A stretch of DNA of 64,000 nt, from positions 1 to 64,000 of the forward strand of contig JAUCBJ010003708.1 in NCBI GenBank assembly GCA_032718475.1. The letters run 5' to 3'. Both the position numbers and the translations under genes were made by a program. Origin of the DNA: Nemertoderma westbladi. Its lineage: Eukaryota; Animalia; Xenacoelomorpha. This document shows, in pieces, positions 36,184 through 47,800 of this stretch; positions within the stretch are counted from its first letter, which is position 1; each line of letters opens with the position of its first letter. Under the pieces are notes generated by a model. The model saw only the letters and a list, made by a program, of their open reading frames with translations, searched no databases and was not told where the DNA came from.

Positions 36184-39100
36184 TTGATTATTAATTACAG
36201 ATACGGATACAGATATGGAATCGGTGAGTCGGTTCCTCAAGTGCCTGGGGTTGGGGAGTCGGTCCCTCAGCTGTCTGGAGTAGGTGAGTCGGTTCCTTCG
36301 GTGAACGGGGTTGGTAAGTCAGTTCCTTCACTGTCTGGAGTGGGTGAGTCGGTTCCTTCGGTGTCCGTGGTTGGTAAGTTGGTTACTCAAGTGTATGGGG
36401 TTGATGAGTCCGTTCCTCAAGAGTCTGGAATCGGTGTGTCGGTTTCTCAATTGTTTGGAGTCGGTGAGTCAGTTCCACAAGTTTCTGGAGCTAGTGAGTC
36501 GGTTCCTCAAGAGTCCGGGATCGGTGACTCGGTCCCTTCAGTGTCTGGAGCTGGTGAGTCGGTTCTTTCAGTCTCTGGAGTCGGCGAGTCGGTTCCTCAT
36601 GTGTCTGGGGTCAGTGAGTCAGTTCGTTTAGTGTCTAGAGTCGGTGAGTCGGTTTCTGAAATGTATGGATTCGGTGAATCGGTTCCTCAAGTGTGTGGGG
36701 TTGGTGAGACGGATCCTCACGTGTCTGGGGCCGGTGAGGCGGTCCCTTCAGTGTCTGGAGTCGGCGAGTCGGTTCCTCATGTGTCTGGGGTCAGAGAGTC
36801 AGTTCGTTTAGTGTCTAGAGTCGGTGAGTCGGTTTCTGAAATGTATGGATTCGGTGAGTCGGTTCCTCAAGTGTCTGGGGTCGGTGAGTCGGTCCCTTCA
36901 GTGTCTGGAGTCGGCGAGTCGGTTCCTCATGTGTCTGGGGTCAGAGAGTCAGTTCGATTAGTGTCTAGAGTCGGTGAGTCGGTTTCTGAAATGTATGGAT
37001 TCGGTGAGTCGGTTCCTCAAGTGTGTGGGGTTGGTGAGCCGGTTCCTCAAATGTCTGGGGTCGGTGAGTCAGGCGGCGCTGTATCTAGAGTCGGTGACTT
37101 GGTTTCTCAGGTGTATGGAGTCGTGCCTGCAGTCGGTGAGCCGGCTCCTTCAGTGTCTGCATCCAGTGAGTCGGTTGTTCCGGTGTCTGGGGTCGGCGAG
37201 TCGGTTCCTCCAGTGTCTGGAGTCGGTGAGCCGGTTCCTTCGGTGTTTGAGGTTGGGGAGTCTGTCTCTTCAGTGCCTGTAGTCGGTGACTCTGTTCCTT
37301 CAGTATCTGGTTTCGGTGAGTCTGTCCGTTCAGTGTCTGGAGTCGGTAAGTCGGCTCCTCAAATGTCTAGCGTCGGTGAGTCGGTTCCTCAGGCTTCTGG
37401 GGTCGGTGAGTCATTCCGCTCAGTGTCTGGAGTCGATGAGTCGGTTCCTCCAGTGTCTGGAGTCGGTGAGCCGGTTCCTTCGGTGTTTGGGGTTGGTGAC
37501 TCTGTCTCTTCAGTGCCTGTAGTCGGTGAGTCTGTTCCTTCAGTATCTGGATTCGGTGAATCTGTCCGTTCAGTGTCTAGAGTCGGTGAGTCGGCTCCTC
37601 AAATGTCTCGTGTCGGTGAGTCGGTTCCTCAGGGGTCTGGGGTCGGTGAGTCATTCCGCTCAGTATCTGGATTCGGTGAATCTGTCCGTTCAGTGTCTAG
37701 AGTCGTTGAGTCGGCTCCTCAAATGTCTCGTGTCGGTGAGTCGGTTCCTCGAGTCTCTGGAGTCGGTGAGTCTGTTCCTTCGGTGTTAGGGGTTGGTGAG
37801 TCTGTCCGTTTAGTCTCTGGAGTCGGTGAGTCGGCCCCTCAAGTATCTGGAATCGGTGGATCGGTTCCTTCATTGTCTGGAGTCGGTGAGTCGGTTCCTC
37901 AAGTGTCTAGGGTTGGTGAGTCGGTTCCTCAAGAGTATGGGGTCGGTGAGTTGGTTCCTTATGTGTCTGGAGTCGGTGAGTCAGTCCCTTCAGTATCTGG
38001 AGTCGGTGAGTCGGCCCCTCAAGTGTCTGGAGTCCGTGGGTCGGTTCCTTCATTGTCTGGAGTCAGTGAGTCGGTCCCTCGAGTGTCTGGGGTTGGTGAG
38101 TCGGTTCCTCAAGACTATGGTGTCGGTGAATTGGTTCCTTCAGTGTCTGGAGTCGGTGAGTCAGTCCCTTCAGTATCTGGAGTCGATGAGTCGGCCCCTC
38201 AAGTGTCTGGAGTCGGTGGGTCACTTCCTTCGGTGTCTGTTATCAGTGTGTCGGTCCCTTCGGTGTCTGTTGGTATTGGTGTGTCGGACACTCAAGGGTC
38301 TGGGGTCGGCTCGTCAGGGCCTCCAATGTCTGGAGCTGGCACGTGTCCAGTATGTTTGAGGGTCTTCGGAATAAAAGCCAATGGGACTCTGCGCACACAT
38401 GGCCCACCTGCCAACCGGTGCCTGGGATCTAGTGTCCAGCCAGATGCTTCAGCCTCCTTGCAAGGTCCCCCCATCAGACATTCCCAAGGGGAATTATCAG
38501 AGTGGGATATTTTGAATATAGTACGAGGGTGGCGAACAAGGCAGCTGAGACATGTCCCAAAGGCATCGAGGACCAACTTAGCTGACCTGTTCGCTGAGTT
38601 GTTTACTGCTATTGCAGACGAACCGATGAGAGTCCATAAATGGATCTGGCTACTCATAGTTGGCGACTTCTGTATCCCAGCGCCAAGTCGAGGGGGGAGG
38701 AAACACCAGCGATCTCTTGCTTCCCTCATTAACCAAAGGATCGCCGATTTCCGTGCCATGGTTAATTCAGGTTCAGGTTTTCCAACACCACCATTTCGGA
38801 CATCTGGCCCCTATTGCCAGAGGCCCCAGGAGGAGTCGGTTAGACTGGCTACCATGGTGGCAGAGAAGATAGAGGATGGTGACATCAAGGGAGCTATACG
38901 GTTAGCTTCCTCGAAGAACGCCATTGCCCCCAACACACCGGAGACACTAGAGTTGCTACGGGGAAAGCACCCTGCCAGACCAGATGATAGAAGAGACCCA
39001 CCACCGCCTGTCACCTCGTCTGCTCGCCCTTGTACCCCCACGATACTCCGGAGGTTGATCTCATCCTTCCCTAGCGGGAGTGCTGGAGGCCCAGATGGGG

Positions 39101-41223
39101 TGCGGCCTCAGATATATAAGGATCTTGTCACCCCAACAAATGGCGAAGCTGGAGAACGCCTCCTGTCATCCCTAGCAAGGTTCGTTGATGTTACCATGGC
39201 GGGCAAGGTGCCAACTGCTATCCGGCCTATATTCTTTGGGGCAAACTTGTTTGCATTCAAGAAGAGTGGGCCGGGAATCCGTCCCATAGCTGTTGGGGTT
39301 ACCCTTCGTCGTTTGTGTGGCAAGTTCTCTGGAACCTTAGCTGCAGAGAAACGGACAGAGTCATATGGATCGGTTCAGCTGGGTATTGGCTGCAAGTTAG
39401 GTGCGGAGGGGGCTGCCCACGCAGTAAGGGCGCTGGTCAATGGGGAAAATCCGGCGGGTTTCGTGTTGCTAAAAATAGATTTTAGTAATGCATTCAACTC
39501 AATCCGCCGAGACTCAATGCTGGAGACTGTCCATGCTGCTCATCCCGCGATTTATAATTACACCCTTGCTGCCTATGGGGAGGCAACCTTTCTCCTTAAT
39601 GGTGACCAAGTCCTACTCTCTGACGAGGGCGTACAACAAGGGGACACAGATGGCCCGCAGCTGTTCGGAGACACAGAAAACTCAACCATCCAGGCATTGG
39701 AATCGGCTTTCAATGTCTGGTACCTGGACGATGGAAACCTAGCTGATGACCATCGGGTTGTGCTGAGGGACCTCTCAAGGTTGATCGATGATGGGAGGAA
39801 ACTTGGGCTGATGATTAACCCCACAAAGAGCGAGTTGTTTTTCTTGGGGCCCGAGACAGAAGAATCACGTGCCGAGATCCAGATGGAGTTCGATGCTATC
39901 TGTGCCGGCATCCCATGCCCGCCGCTGGATCAGTTGACCATTCTTGGCGCCCCCATCGGAGAAGCTGCCATCGCCTCTTGCCTCACAGCCAAGGTCGGCG
40001 ACCTCACCACTCTAGTTAGCCGGCTTCCACTCCTTGACGCACATCACGGCTTTTTCCTCCTGAGGAACTCATTTGCCATACCCAGGCTGATGTACTTCCT
40101 TAGGGCTGCCCCATGTTTTAGGTTCCCCACCCTTCTTAGGGACTATGATCGAGTGCTTCGTGGTGCCCTTCAAGTGGTTGCCAATACAGAAATTGGTGAC
40201 CCAGCATGGGCCCAGGCTTGCCTACCAGCACGGGTTGGCGGTCTTGGTTTGGGATCAGCAGTGCAGCTCGCACCCTCTGCCTTCCTGGCTTCTGCGGCTG
40301 CATGTTCAACCCTTTCAAACCGCTTGTACCCTTCCGCAGGGATGCCGAGCCCAGCACGGGAATTAGCCATGACCATACGGAATGCGTCACTCCCCCCCGA
40401 CTCAGCACCACCCACTGTGTCAACACAGAGGGTGTGGATGGCGCCCATCCATCAAGAAAGCCTCGCCACCCTCCGTCTTGTAGCTTCTACTCTCGACCTT
40501 GCTCGACTGAACTCCCTCGATCACCCGACCGCTGGCTGCTGGCTTGATGCTCTTCCTAGTGCAGCTCTGGGGCTAAAACTAAGCGATGCGCAGTTTCGAA
40601 TTGCCATCGCCATTCGCCTTGGAGAAAAGGTGGTAGAGCCCCACATCTGCGACCGTTGTGGCAATCCAGTAGCGTCCAATGGTCTACATGGTCTCTCATG
40701 CCGGAGGAGCGCAGGCCGGTTCCCTCGCCACACCATGGTTAATGATATTGTGAGACGGGCATTGGTCAGCTGTGGGGTTCCCTCCATTCTGGAACCATCA
40801 GGACTCTGCCGCAATGACGGGAAGCGTGTAGACGGGGTGACACTTGTGCCTTGGTCCCAGGGTCGAATGCTAACCTGGGATGCCACAGTGGTTGACCCCC
40901 TTGCCCCTAGTCACCGCCAACAGACGCTAATTGCAGGGGGTCGTGCTGCAGAGGGTGCCGAACAGGGAAAGAACTTGACATATGCGGAGGTGATGGAGCG
41001 GGGTCATATATTTCACCCTGTTGCGTTCGAGACCCTGGGGCGCCCCGGTCCGGAGACGTCCTCCTTCCTCCAGGAGATTGGGTCCCGTCTCCACACCATG
41101 ACTCATGAGCCGCGCTCCCACAGGTTTCTACTTCAGCGTATCGTCATGGCCATTCTGGTGGGCAACGCGGCGTCTGTCCTGGCAACTGCTGGCCCATCCC
41201 CTGGTGGACTCTTTGGGGATTAG
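36184..41223 (+). CDS. Repeat-extended RT-RLE polyprotein (1679 codons open; unique part from the ATG at 38326)
   Basis: Zn-finger CPVC..H..C; SAGGPDG, RPIAVG.TLRRL, KIDFSNAFNS, GVQQGD, YLDD; GGLG; CDRCG..HGLSC, RH, DGKRVDG, WDATV, K..TY, FETLG. The motif set is typical of the CRE clade. No stops or frameshifts. Confidence 0.92.
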   Translation: MIINYRYGYRYGIGESVPQVPGVGESVPQLSGVGESVPSVNGVGKSVPSLSGVGESVPSVSVVGKLVTQVYGVDESVPQESGIGVSVSQLFGVGESVPQVSGASESVPQESGIGDSVPSVSGAGESVLSVSGVGESVPHVSGVSESVRLVSRVGESVSEMYGFGESVPQVCGVGETDPHVSGAGEAVPSVSGVGESVPHVSGVRESVRLVSRVGESVSEMYGFGESVPQVSGVGESVPSVSGVGESVPHVSGVRESVRLVSRVGESVSEMYGFGESVPQVCGVGEPVPQMSGVGESGGAVSRVGDLVSQVYGVVPAVGEPAPSVSASSESVVPVSGVGESVPPVSGVGEPVPSVFEVGESVSSVPVVGDSVPSVSGFGESVRSVSGVGKSAPQMSSVGESVPQASGVGESFRSVSGVDESVPPVSGVGEPVPSVFGVGDSVSSVPVVGESVPSVSGFGESVRSVSRVGESAPQMSRVGESVPQGSGVGESFRSVSGFGESVRSVSRVVESAPQMSRVGESVPRVSGVGESVPSVLGVGESVRLVSGVGESAPQVSGIGGSVPSLSGVGESVPQVSRVGESVPQEYGVGELVPYVSGVGESVPSVSGVGESAPQVSGVRGSVPSLSGVSESVPRVSGVGESVPQDYGVGELVPSVSGVGESVPSVSGVDESAPQVSGVGGSLPSVSVISVSVPSVSVGIGVSDTQGSGVGSSGPPMSGAGTCPVCLRVFGIKANGTLRTHGPPANRCLGSSVQPDASASLQGPPIRHSQGELSEWDILNIVRGWRTRQLRHVPKASRTNLADLFAELFTAIADEPMRVHKWIWLLIVGDFCIPAPSRGGRKHQRSLASLINQRIADFRAMVNSGSGFPTPPFRTSGPYCQRPQEESVRLATMVAEKIEDGDIKGAIRLASSKNAIAPNTPETLELLRGKHPARPDDRRDPPPPVTSSARPCTPTILRRLISSFPSGSAGGPDGVRPQIYKDLVTPTNGEAGERLLSSLARFVDVTMAGKVPTAIRPIFFGANLFAFKKSGPGIRPIAVGVTLRRLCGKFSGTLAAEKRTESYGSVQLGIGCKLGAEGAAHAVRALVNGENPAGFVLLKIDFSNAFNSIRRDSMLETVHAAHPAIYNYTLAAYGEATFLLNGDQVLLSDEGVQQGDTDGPQLFGDTENSTIQALESAFNVWYLDDGNLADDHRVVLRDLSRLIDDGRKLGLMINPTKSELFFLGPETEESRAEIQMEFDAICAGIPCPPLDQLTILGAPIGEAAIASCLTAKVGDLTTLVSRLPLLDAHHGFFLLRNSFAIPRLMYFLRAAPCFRFPTLLRDYDRVLRGALQVVANTEIGDPAWAQACLPARVGGLGLGSAVQLAPSAFLASAAACSTLSNRLYPSAGMPSPARELAMTIRNASLPPDSAPPTVSTQRVWMAPIHQESLATLRLVASTLDLARLNSLDHPTAGCWLDALPSAALGLKLSDAQFRIAIAIRLGEKVVEPHICDRCGNPVASNGLHGLSCRRSAGRFPRHTMVNDIVRRALVSCGVPSILEPSGLCRNDGKRVDGVTLVPWSQGRMLTWDATVVDPLAPSHRQQTLIAGGRAAEGAEQGKNLTYAEVMERGHIFHPVAFETLGRPGPETSSFLQEIGSRLHTMTHEPRSHRFLLQRIVMAILVGNAASVLATAGPSPGGLFGD

Positions 41224-41350
41224 GGCCCGGTCAGTAGCCTTTGCCGTAGCATACTCTAACGCAATGTTCAATGTATCGTATATTACAATATTACTTTTAG
41301 TTTTATATTATATCATAGATAAACTAATAGACAAGAACTAATTAATTAAT
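36198..41350 (+). mobile_element. CRE-like non-LTR retrotransposon (RT plus restriction-like endonuclease) with a 5' 30-bp array
   Basis: Single RT-RLE ORF, short 3' UTR ending in a (TAAT)n tract at ~41339-41352, and a similar AATTAATT tract at 36178-36196. Boundaries are approximate. Confidence 0.85.
36217..38310 (+). repeat. 30-bp minisatellite (~70 units), consensus GTGTCTGGAGTCGGTGAGTCGGTTCCTCAA, encoding VSGVGESVPQ
   Basis: 30-bp period visible in the sequence, with internal higher-order duplications (e.g. 180-bp offset 36571/36751). Confidence 0.97.
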
Positions 41351-41819
41351 TAAATTAAAGATCACATTTTATTAGAAAACTAAAAAAAAAAAATTAGTCA
41401 ACACATGTTGTGAATTACAATTAACAAACAGTAAAATAAGGATGCGAATTTTCATTCGTTGTAAAGGGCAAAAATTTACTTTTGAACCCAGAAAACGTTT
41501 ATTGACAATAAAATAAAATAATAAATATAATAAAAGTAAAGGTAAATAAAGGTAATAAAACATTGTTGCGCGGGTGTAGCCAACATGTATTTTACACATT
41601 TTTGTGTGGTATTGTTAAATAATTTATAATAGTTTTTGAGTTATTAAAAAAAATCCCCTAAAGTCAAGTATCCCTCACTCACCCTAGGCCTACATAGGCT
41701 ACTAATAAACTAAACATCTGCATTACCGCTACGTAAAAGTAACTGTCAACCCTTTACACAGTTACTGTAGTAAAGTTAATGTTTCGTACTTTAAGGTTTC
41801 CAGTTTCGGGTATTTTCAG

Positions 41820-44800
41820 GGTTCCTTTGTTGCGGCCTTTGCTCAAGCTAACGAGGGCGATGTGTCGCCGAATACACAAGGAGCCAAATGCATTGATACT
41901 GGAAAACCATGCGCGCGGAATAGCAGCACATGCAATGGCTTAGTAAGTGGCCCCTCTAAATATGATATTTTATAATATTGACTTTCTTTTAGCCATAGTA
42001 GCAGCCTCTGTTATGTATACTGTAGTTTGAATAAAAACCAAATACATTTAAATTTTTCTAATTTCATCCCAATAATTAAAGTTTAATGGCTTCTTTATCT
42101 AATTACAGAATGAGAAATGTATAGCATTTGGTCCAGGCAAAGATATGGTTGATTCTACAAGAATCATAGGAGAGAAGCAATATAACAAAGCTGTCGAGCT
42201 GTTCAATGAACCCGGTAAATCTATACATGGACCAATCAAATCTAGACATAGATGGGTGGATATGGACCATCAGACCCTTGTTGTTAATGGAACCAAGGTG
42301 ATATCAAATATATTTATTAGTATTTTTCACAATAAATAAAAACGTCATAAATTCTCCCGCGATATCCAAATATTTTATAACTACTGTATAATTATTTGAA
42401 ACCTAATTATTATTTACTTATAAAAACTACTACTACTGAGAAATTTCAAATGAAATAGTATGATTATATATAAAATATTTATACATATATTACAGTATCT
42501 AGTATCTGTATATAATACTCGATATACTATTGTACTACACAAATATAATTGTAGGGCCCTATATATTTTTTAGGTAGCAACCTGCAGTGGAGCTTTAGGT
42601 TACAGTTTCGCTGCAGGAACCACCGATGGTCCGGGTATGTTTGATTTTACTCAAGGTACAACCCAATCCAATCCGTTCTGGAATATCATTGTAAATCTAA
42701 TAAAGAAACCATCAGAGGAACAGAAACGATGTCATCACCCGAAACCAATACTGTTGGATATCGGCGAGGTTAAGCTTATTTTTATGACCCAACTTTCAAA
42801 CACAACTGTAGTGCCACCCTTTCTGCTAGTTGGGTGACCTAATACTATTAGGTTCCTACAGTACTTTGATCCATACTAAAAGTTAACTCACACACTTACA
42901 CTTTAATTGGGGCGAGCCATGAAGTATGTGTCCTAATACACAGGCTTCAGTGTGCTCGATCAAATTAGTTAAAATATATGTTTTCAAACTTCATTGTACG
43001 CAAAGTCCCCACAACGAGCTAACCGCAATATAGTTCCTGGCCTAAAACACCAAGTTATGTGGCTGTTCTTATTCAATGTTTCATACATGCATTTTATTTT
43101 GTGATAGACATACTGTACAGTACTACAGTACTGTATAACTGGGTGGTGTTTCCAAGGCACTCATTTAGGCCTGCGAACGTTATGTACTGTAGGTCTGCTG
43201 TGCTCACGGTTCACCGTACAGTATATATTTACTATATATTTAGTTACTAATACAGTACCAGGTCAAGCGAGCTACATTACAAGGATATAATGACAATGAT
43301 ATATAGGCCTACAGTTTTTATTGCGAATGTTTTATGTTTTTAGGTAACAGTACCTTATGCTTGGAGTCCAGCTATCGTAGACACGCAGATTTTACAAATT
43401 GGTAACCTCGCTATATTGGCTGTTCCTGGGGAATTTACCACTATGTCAGGTTTGTGAGAGTTGTGGTTTATTGTGTATTAATTATACGGATATTTACAAT
43501 ATTTTAAATAAAAATCCCACCAATACTAACGACTAACGAGATATTATGTGAGGAATGCCTCTAAAAAAATTGGGTGGCCTGGAAAATGTTTAAATAACTC
43601 AATAGGGCGAATCTTTCCAGTAAACTTGTGATACGCAACTATATTAAAAAAAATATATATATAAGAAGAAAATATTTCGGTTAAATATATACTTTTTAAC
43701 ACAAATTAACTAATGTTTAAAACAGGAAGAAGGCTTCGAGACCAGGTTAAACAGACATTTGATGCGTCGAGTCACTCAAATATAACTGAAGTTGTAATTG
43801 CGGGACTGTCAAATACTTACGCTGATTACATAACCACCTACGAAGAATACCAGGTAAAGCAAGTTGTAAACGATACCTGGACAACCTATAGCCGAAAATC
43901 ACAGCTGACAAGAGTTAATACGAACAAAAATAATACTGGAACCTGCACCTTATCTGTGCCGTATATTATTTTATTTTATTACTTGCCACTGTAACCTGCT
44001 CTTTTCCATTAACATTTATAACGGCAGTCAGTTGGGGTTGTCTGCTGTCTGATTACTTGATCTTTACATATATATGTGTTCGCTACGTAACGTGTCGTTC
44101 GCCACACGTTGCCGGTCGCGTTCGTTAGGATTTTGTATAACTTCTGGATTGGGGAGATAACCGTTAGATCTATAGGATTGATAAAATAGGGATTACTGAA
44201 AATGTAGTGAAGGCCTACAGTTACCGCTTGAGTGGCTTGAGGCTACACTCGCATAGGGGCCTATGGAATAATCGTCTGAAAACCAGGAGGTAAGGGGTAG
44301 ATACAAGGTGGATTCCGCAGTAGACGGATAATTCGTTACTGTTATCCCTTTAAATAAATGGTGCAGTTCATCCACATGTGATGTTTAACTTCCATATATT
44401 TACCGTAATTCAACTTTATTATTCTTTTAGATACAAAGATACGAAGGTGCATCAACTATAAATGGACCTCATACTCTCAGCGCTTATATTAAAAACTTCC
44501 AATATCTCGCAGAAAAATTGTCCAAGGTAACAATAACTTTTAACTTTAAATTATCGCAAAACTTTTTGCCGAATAAGCAATGTGTTACGTACGAACTATA
44601 GTTTAGAGTATGATGTCTGACCTGACCTGAACCGGAACTGAACAGGTGTTCTGGGTCAATGACTCAGAAAACTTGCCACCTCCATGCAGCATAAAGGAGG
44701 TGCCACCTGTGGCCGCATAGACCCTCTTACTAAGGCAAATCTGCTCGTGTAATTAGGACCCCCTTTGTTCTGAGATAAGGATTCCCTTGGTCCTGGATTA

Positions 44801-47800
44801 TCCTTGATTATATATACTTGGCTGCAGGGGTATATAGCCTGGACAGGCAGATGGTGATCTACCAATGGCTGGTCAGGAGTAGAGTGTTCTCATGTCCACT
44901 CTGAGTGCACTTCGCTGTGACCTGCACCTGGCAGCAGGGATACAGGGCATGGCCCAGCAGATAAGCTGCACAGCCAATGGTGGGTCATGTGCGTCAGAGT
45001 AGGTATGGGTGATGGGCCTCATATCTGACTCCACTGCGACACCCACCCTGTGGAATGGCAAACCAGGGTGTGGTATTAGCCCCGAGAACTGTCTCGGCAA
45101 AAAAGCACCCCCCAACCACCACTATGGATTACATTAGTAATGCGGGGTCCTGTCACGGTCACCAGAAGCCAGTGGAACTACCGGACACAATTAATAGGCC
45201 TCACAGGCGTCAGTTATATCCTGACCGGCTGCCTGTCTCAGCCCCTACTGGAGAGAGAGAGCGGCCAACATTTCTGTGAGTCCCTTTACTGGGGAATTCC
45301 TTCGACTAATACTCTCCTAGTTTTGGTACAACCTTAATTCTAAATAATAATGTTAGCTTGTCCAGCTTTAGAAAGATACTATTTTGGATATCATTGTGCA
45401 ATGAAGATAAGATCGCATTGCATTATATTATATTACATTACAGTTCCAGGCATTGCATTGCATTGCATTACATGACAGTGCAGTTAGATGTTGAGCATAT
45501 TATTCCTATATTTATTCATTATTATGGTGGTTCCCGGCAATGTTGTATTATATTTTTGACGTTAATATTTGATTGTTTCTGAACTAGAATTTATTGGTCG
45601 TAAATATCAGATAATAGTTATATATTATTGGAACAAGAGGGAGTTTTGTAGGAAAGCTTACCCGATTCCACTCCACTAACCTGTCGATACTACTACTAGG
45701 ATCGGCATGCTGCATTGCAGCTGCATTTTTAAGAATGCTGTGCCGGCTTATCGACAAAATTGCACCGCCACAACTCCTTATCACCCATGACATTTGCTAG
45801 ATCATCCGCATCTTTAAGGCCAGTGTCCTTTAAGATGCGTCTCAAGAAAGTCATGGGCTGTCCACCATGCTTATTCACTCCATGAGGCTGCCAAAGTACA
45901 AGATTATGCACTGGCTGGTCCTCACGGCGAAAGCAATGTCCTGCAAAGCGGAGGCGATTTTGTTCTAGTGTCAAGCTTGGGGGAACCAATGAGACACCTC
46001 CAATGTTATATAGTGTCTGGTTGGAGATGTGTGCATTGTACTTGACACAATGAACCCGGCGTAGCATTCTTGTGAATGTGCCATCCAGAAATTTGGTGTC
46101 CTCAGCAGTTAGAGCCCAGCATGGACTCCCATAGAGGAGTACTGGAACTACTGCTGCTCTTAATAATCGGACCTTAAGTTTCCGATTAATTCTCGGTGAC
46201 TTCCAAATCCTGGAAAGCCTATTCAAGGCTGCCCATGCCTTTCCCTTACGTATTCGAAGGTCCTCACCTGACTTCCGGATCCATGATCCCAGGTAACAGA
46301 AGTCATCCACATGCTCAAGCATACCATCTTTTGAGCTTATGCTCATCCGATCAGAGACTTGCTGAGGACTTTCAAAGTTAACTGTCAATTACCCTGGGTA
46401 ATCAGGGAGGCCAGATTGTGAGGGGGGAAGGGATTCTGGAGTTGGAGGCTACTCTCACGTTCCACACCGACCAACCAAACCTTTGATGAACCTTGAGACA
46501 AGTTACTAGACTAGCCTCAGTAACATCCTAGCTAACACCACCCAATGCGACAAGGCGAGCTCACTGTGCCCTGGCAGATAAGCTTTCCCTCAGCGCAGTG
46601 GGGATTCAAGATCACCGAATGCGGACTGGACAGACTGATGAGGTTCTGATTAAGGACATGGGGGCGGTTGGTGACTCGCCTTCGCATCAGCAAATGATAC
46701 AGTGGTAATGGTGGGTTTGGTCTATTGATGAATCCAACTGCACATGCAGCATTGGACAAAATAGACCAAATTTCCAACCGCATCATCCGCTGCCATTCCT
46801 CATGTTCTGGAAGACTGGCTAAGAAGTTTCCGTGTGAGAAATAGTGTTTCTGATTTTGTGCTACTCTCCACCTAGTGTTGCCCCTGTAGAGGATGTGGAA
46901 AATTTCTACCACAATCTACAAGCAGCTACTGATGGAGTGGATCAGCATGCATTCTTAACTTTCCTGAGTGACTTTAATGCAAGTCAGCGTCACTCATCCG
47001 CATCGCCCTGGGTCTATAGCAATAGTGTTAACCGAGGTTCCATCCATCTTCAGGATTTTATCTCTGGAAATTGACTGTTTTCGGCTGGAACTCAGTTCAA
47101 CATGCGTACTGGAAAGCTATGAACTCACACTATAGCCTACAATGTAGCCTACATTGTAGTTATAGGTCCCTCGTCGTGGGCCATATGATTGGCCTATTTG
47201 AAATTCAACCGTCCATTGCGATATGTAACGTTAGTCTTGGATTGTTCTAAATTAGAAAAACACTAGTAAAACAGAAAAACATAGGGAAAACACTGTAAAA
47301 CATCCGGAAAATAGTGAAAATCTGGATCAACTGGAAATTTAACCCATGTACTACTCTAAATTAGTAGTAATCCTAAATGTACTCCTCGTACAGAACACCC
47401 TAAATAATCACAGTAAAACATTAACAACTATATTTAGAACGAACCAGTAACTCCTGGTCCACAACCCCCCAACCTTCTACCTCACCAACTGTCGTTCATA
47501 CCTCCGGTCCTCTACGATCATGCTCCCTTCGGGAAATCATTTGGTGACGTCACATCCCAACCAAATCCAACGTATTCAGCGTAAGTACACTCTATACCAA
47601 TATATTTAATTTATACAATTTTTATCACCCGCTAATATATAGTGACTATATTTATACAAAATTCTCAGAAAAAATTATGTTTGCGCAATTATGATTATGG
47701 TTTACGAATATAAGCGTATACGAATATACGAATATAATCTCATTCCGAAACAAAACATTTGATTTTCTTTAACTTTAGAAATGAAATACTACAAATTATA

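Noticed and set aside
36311-40886. Alternative-frame ORFs (LESVSRFLQC repeats) and antisense ORFs in the CRE element
   Set aside because: Interrupted by stops; by-products of the repeat and the main ORF.
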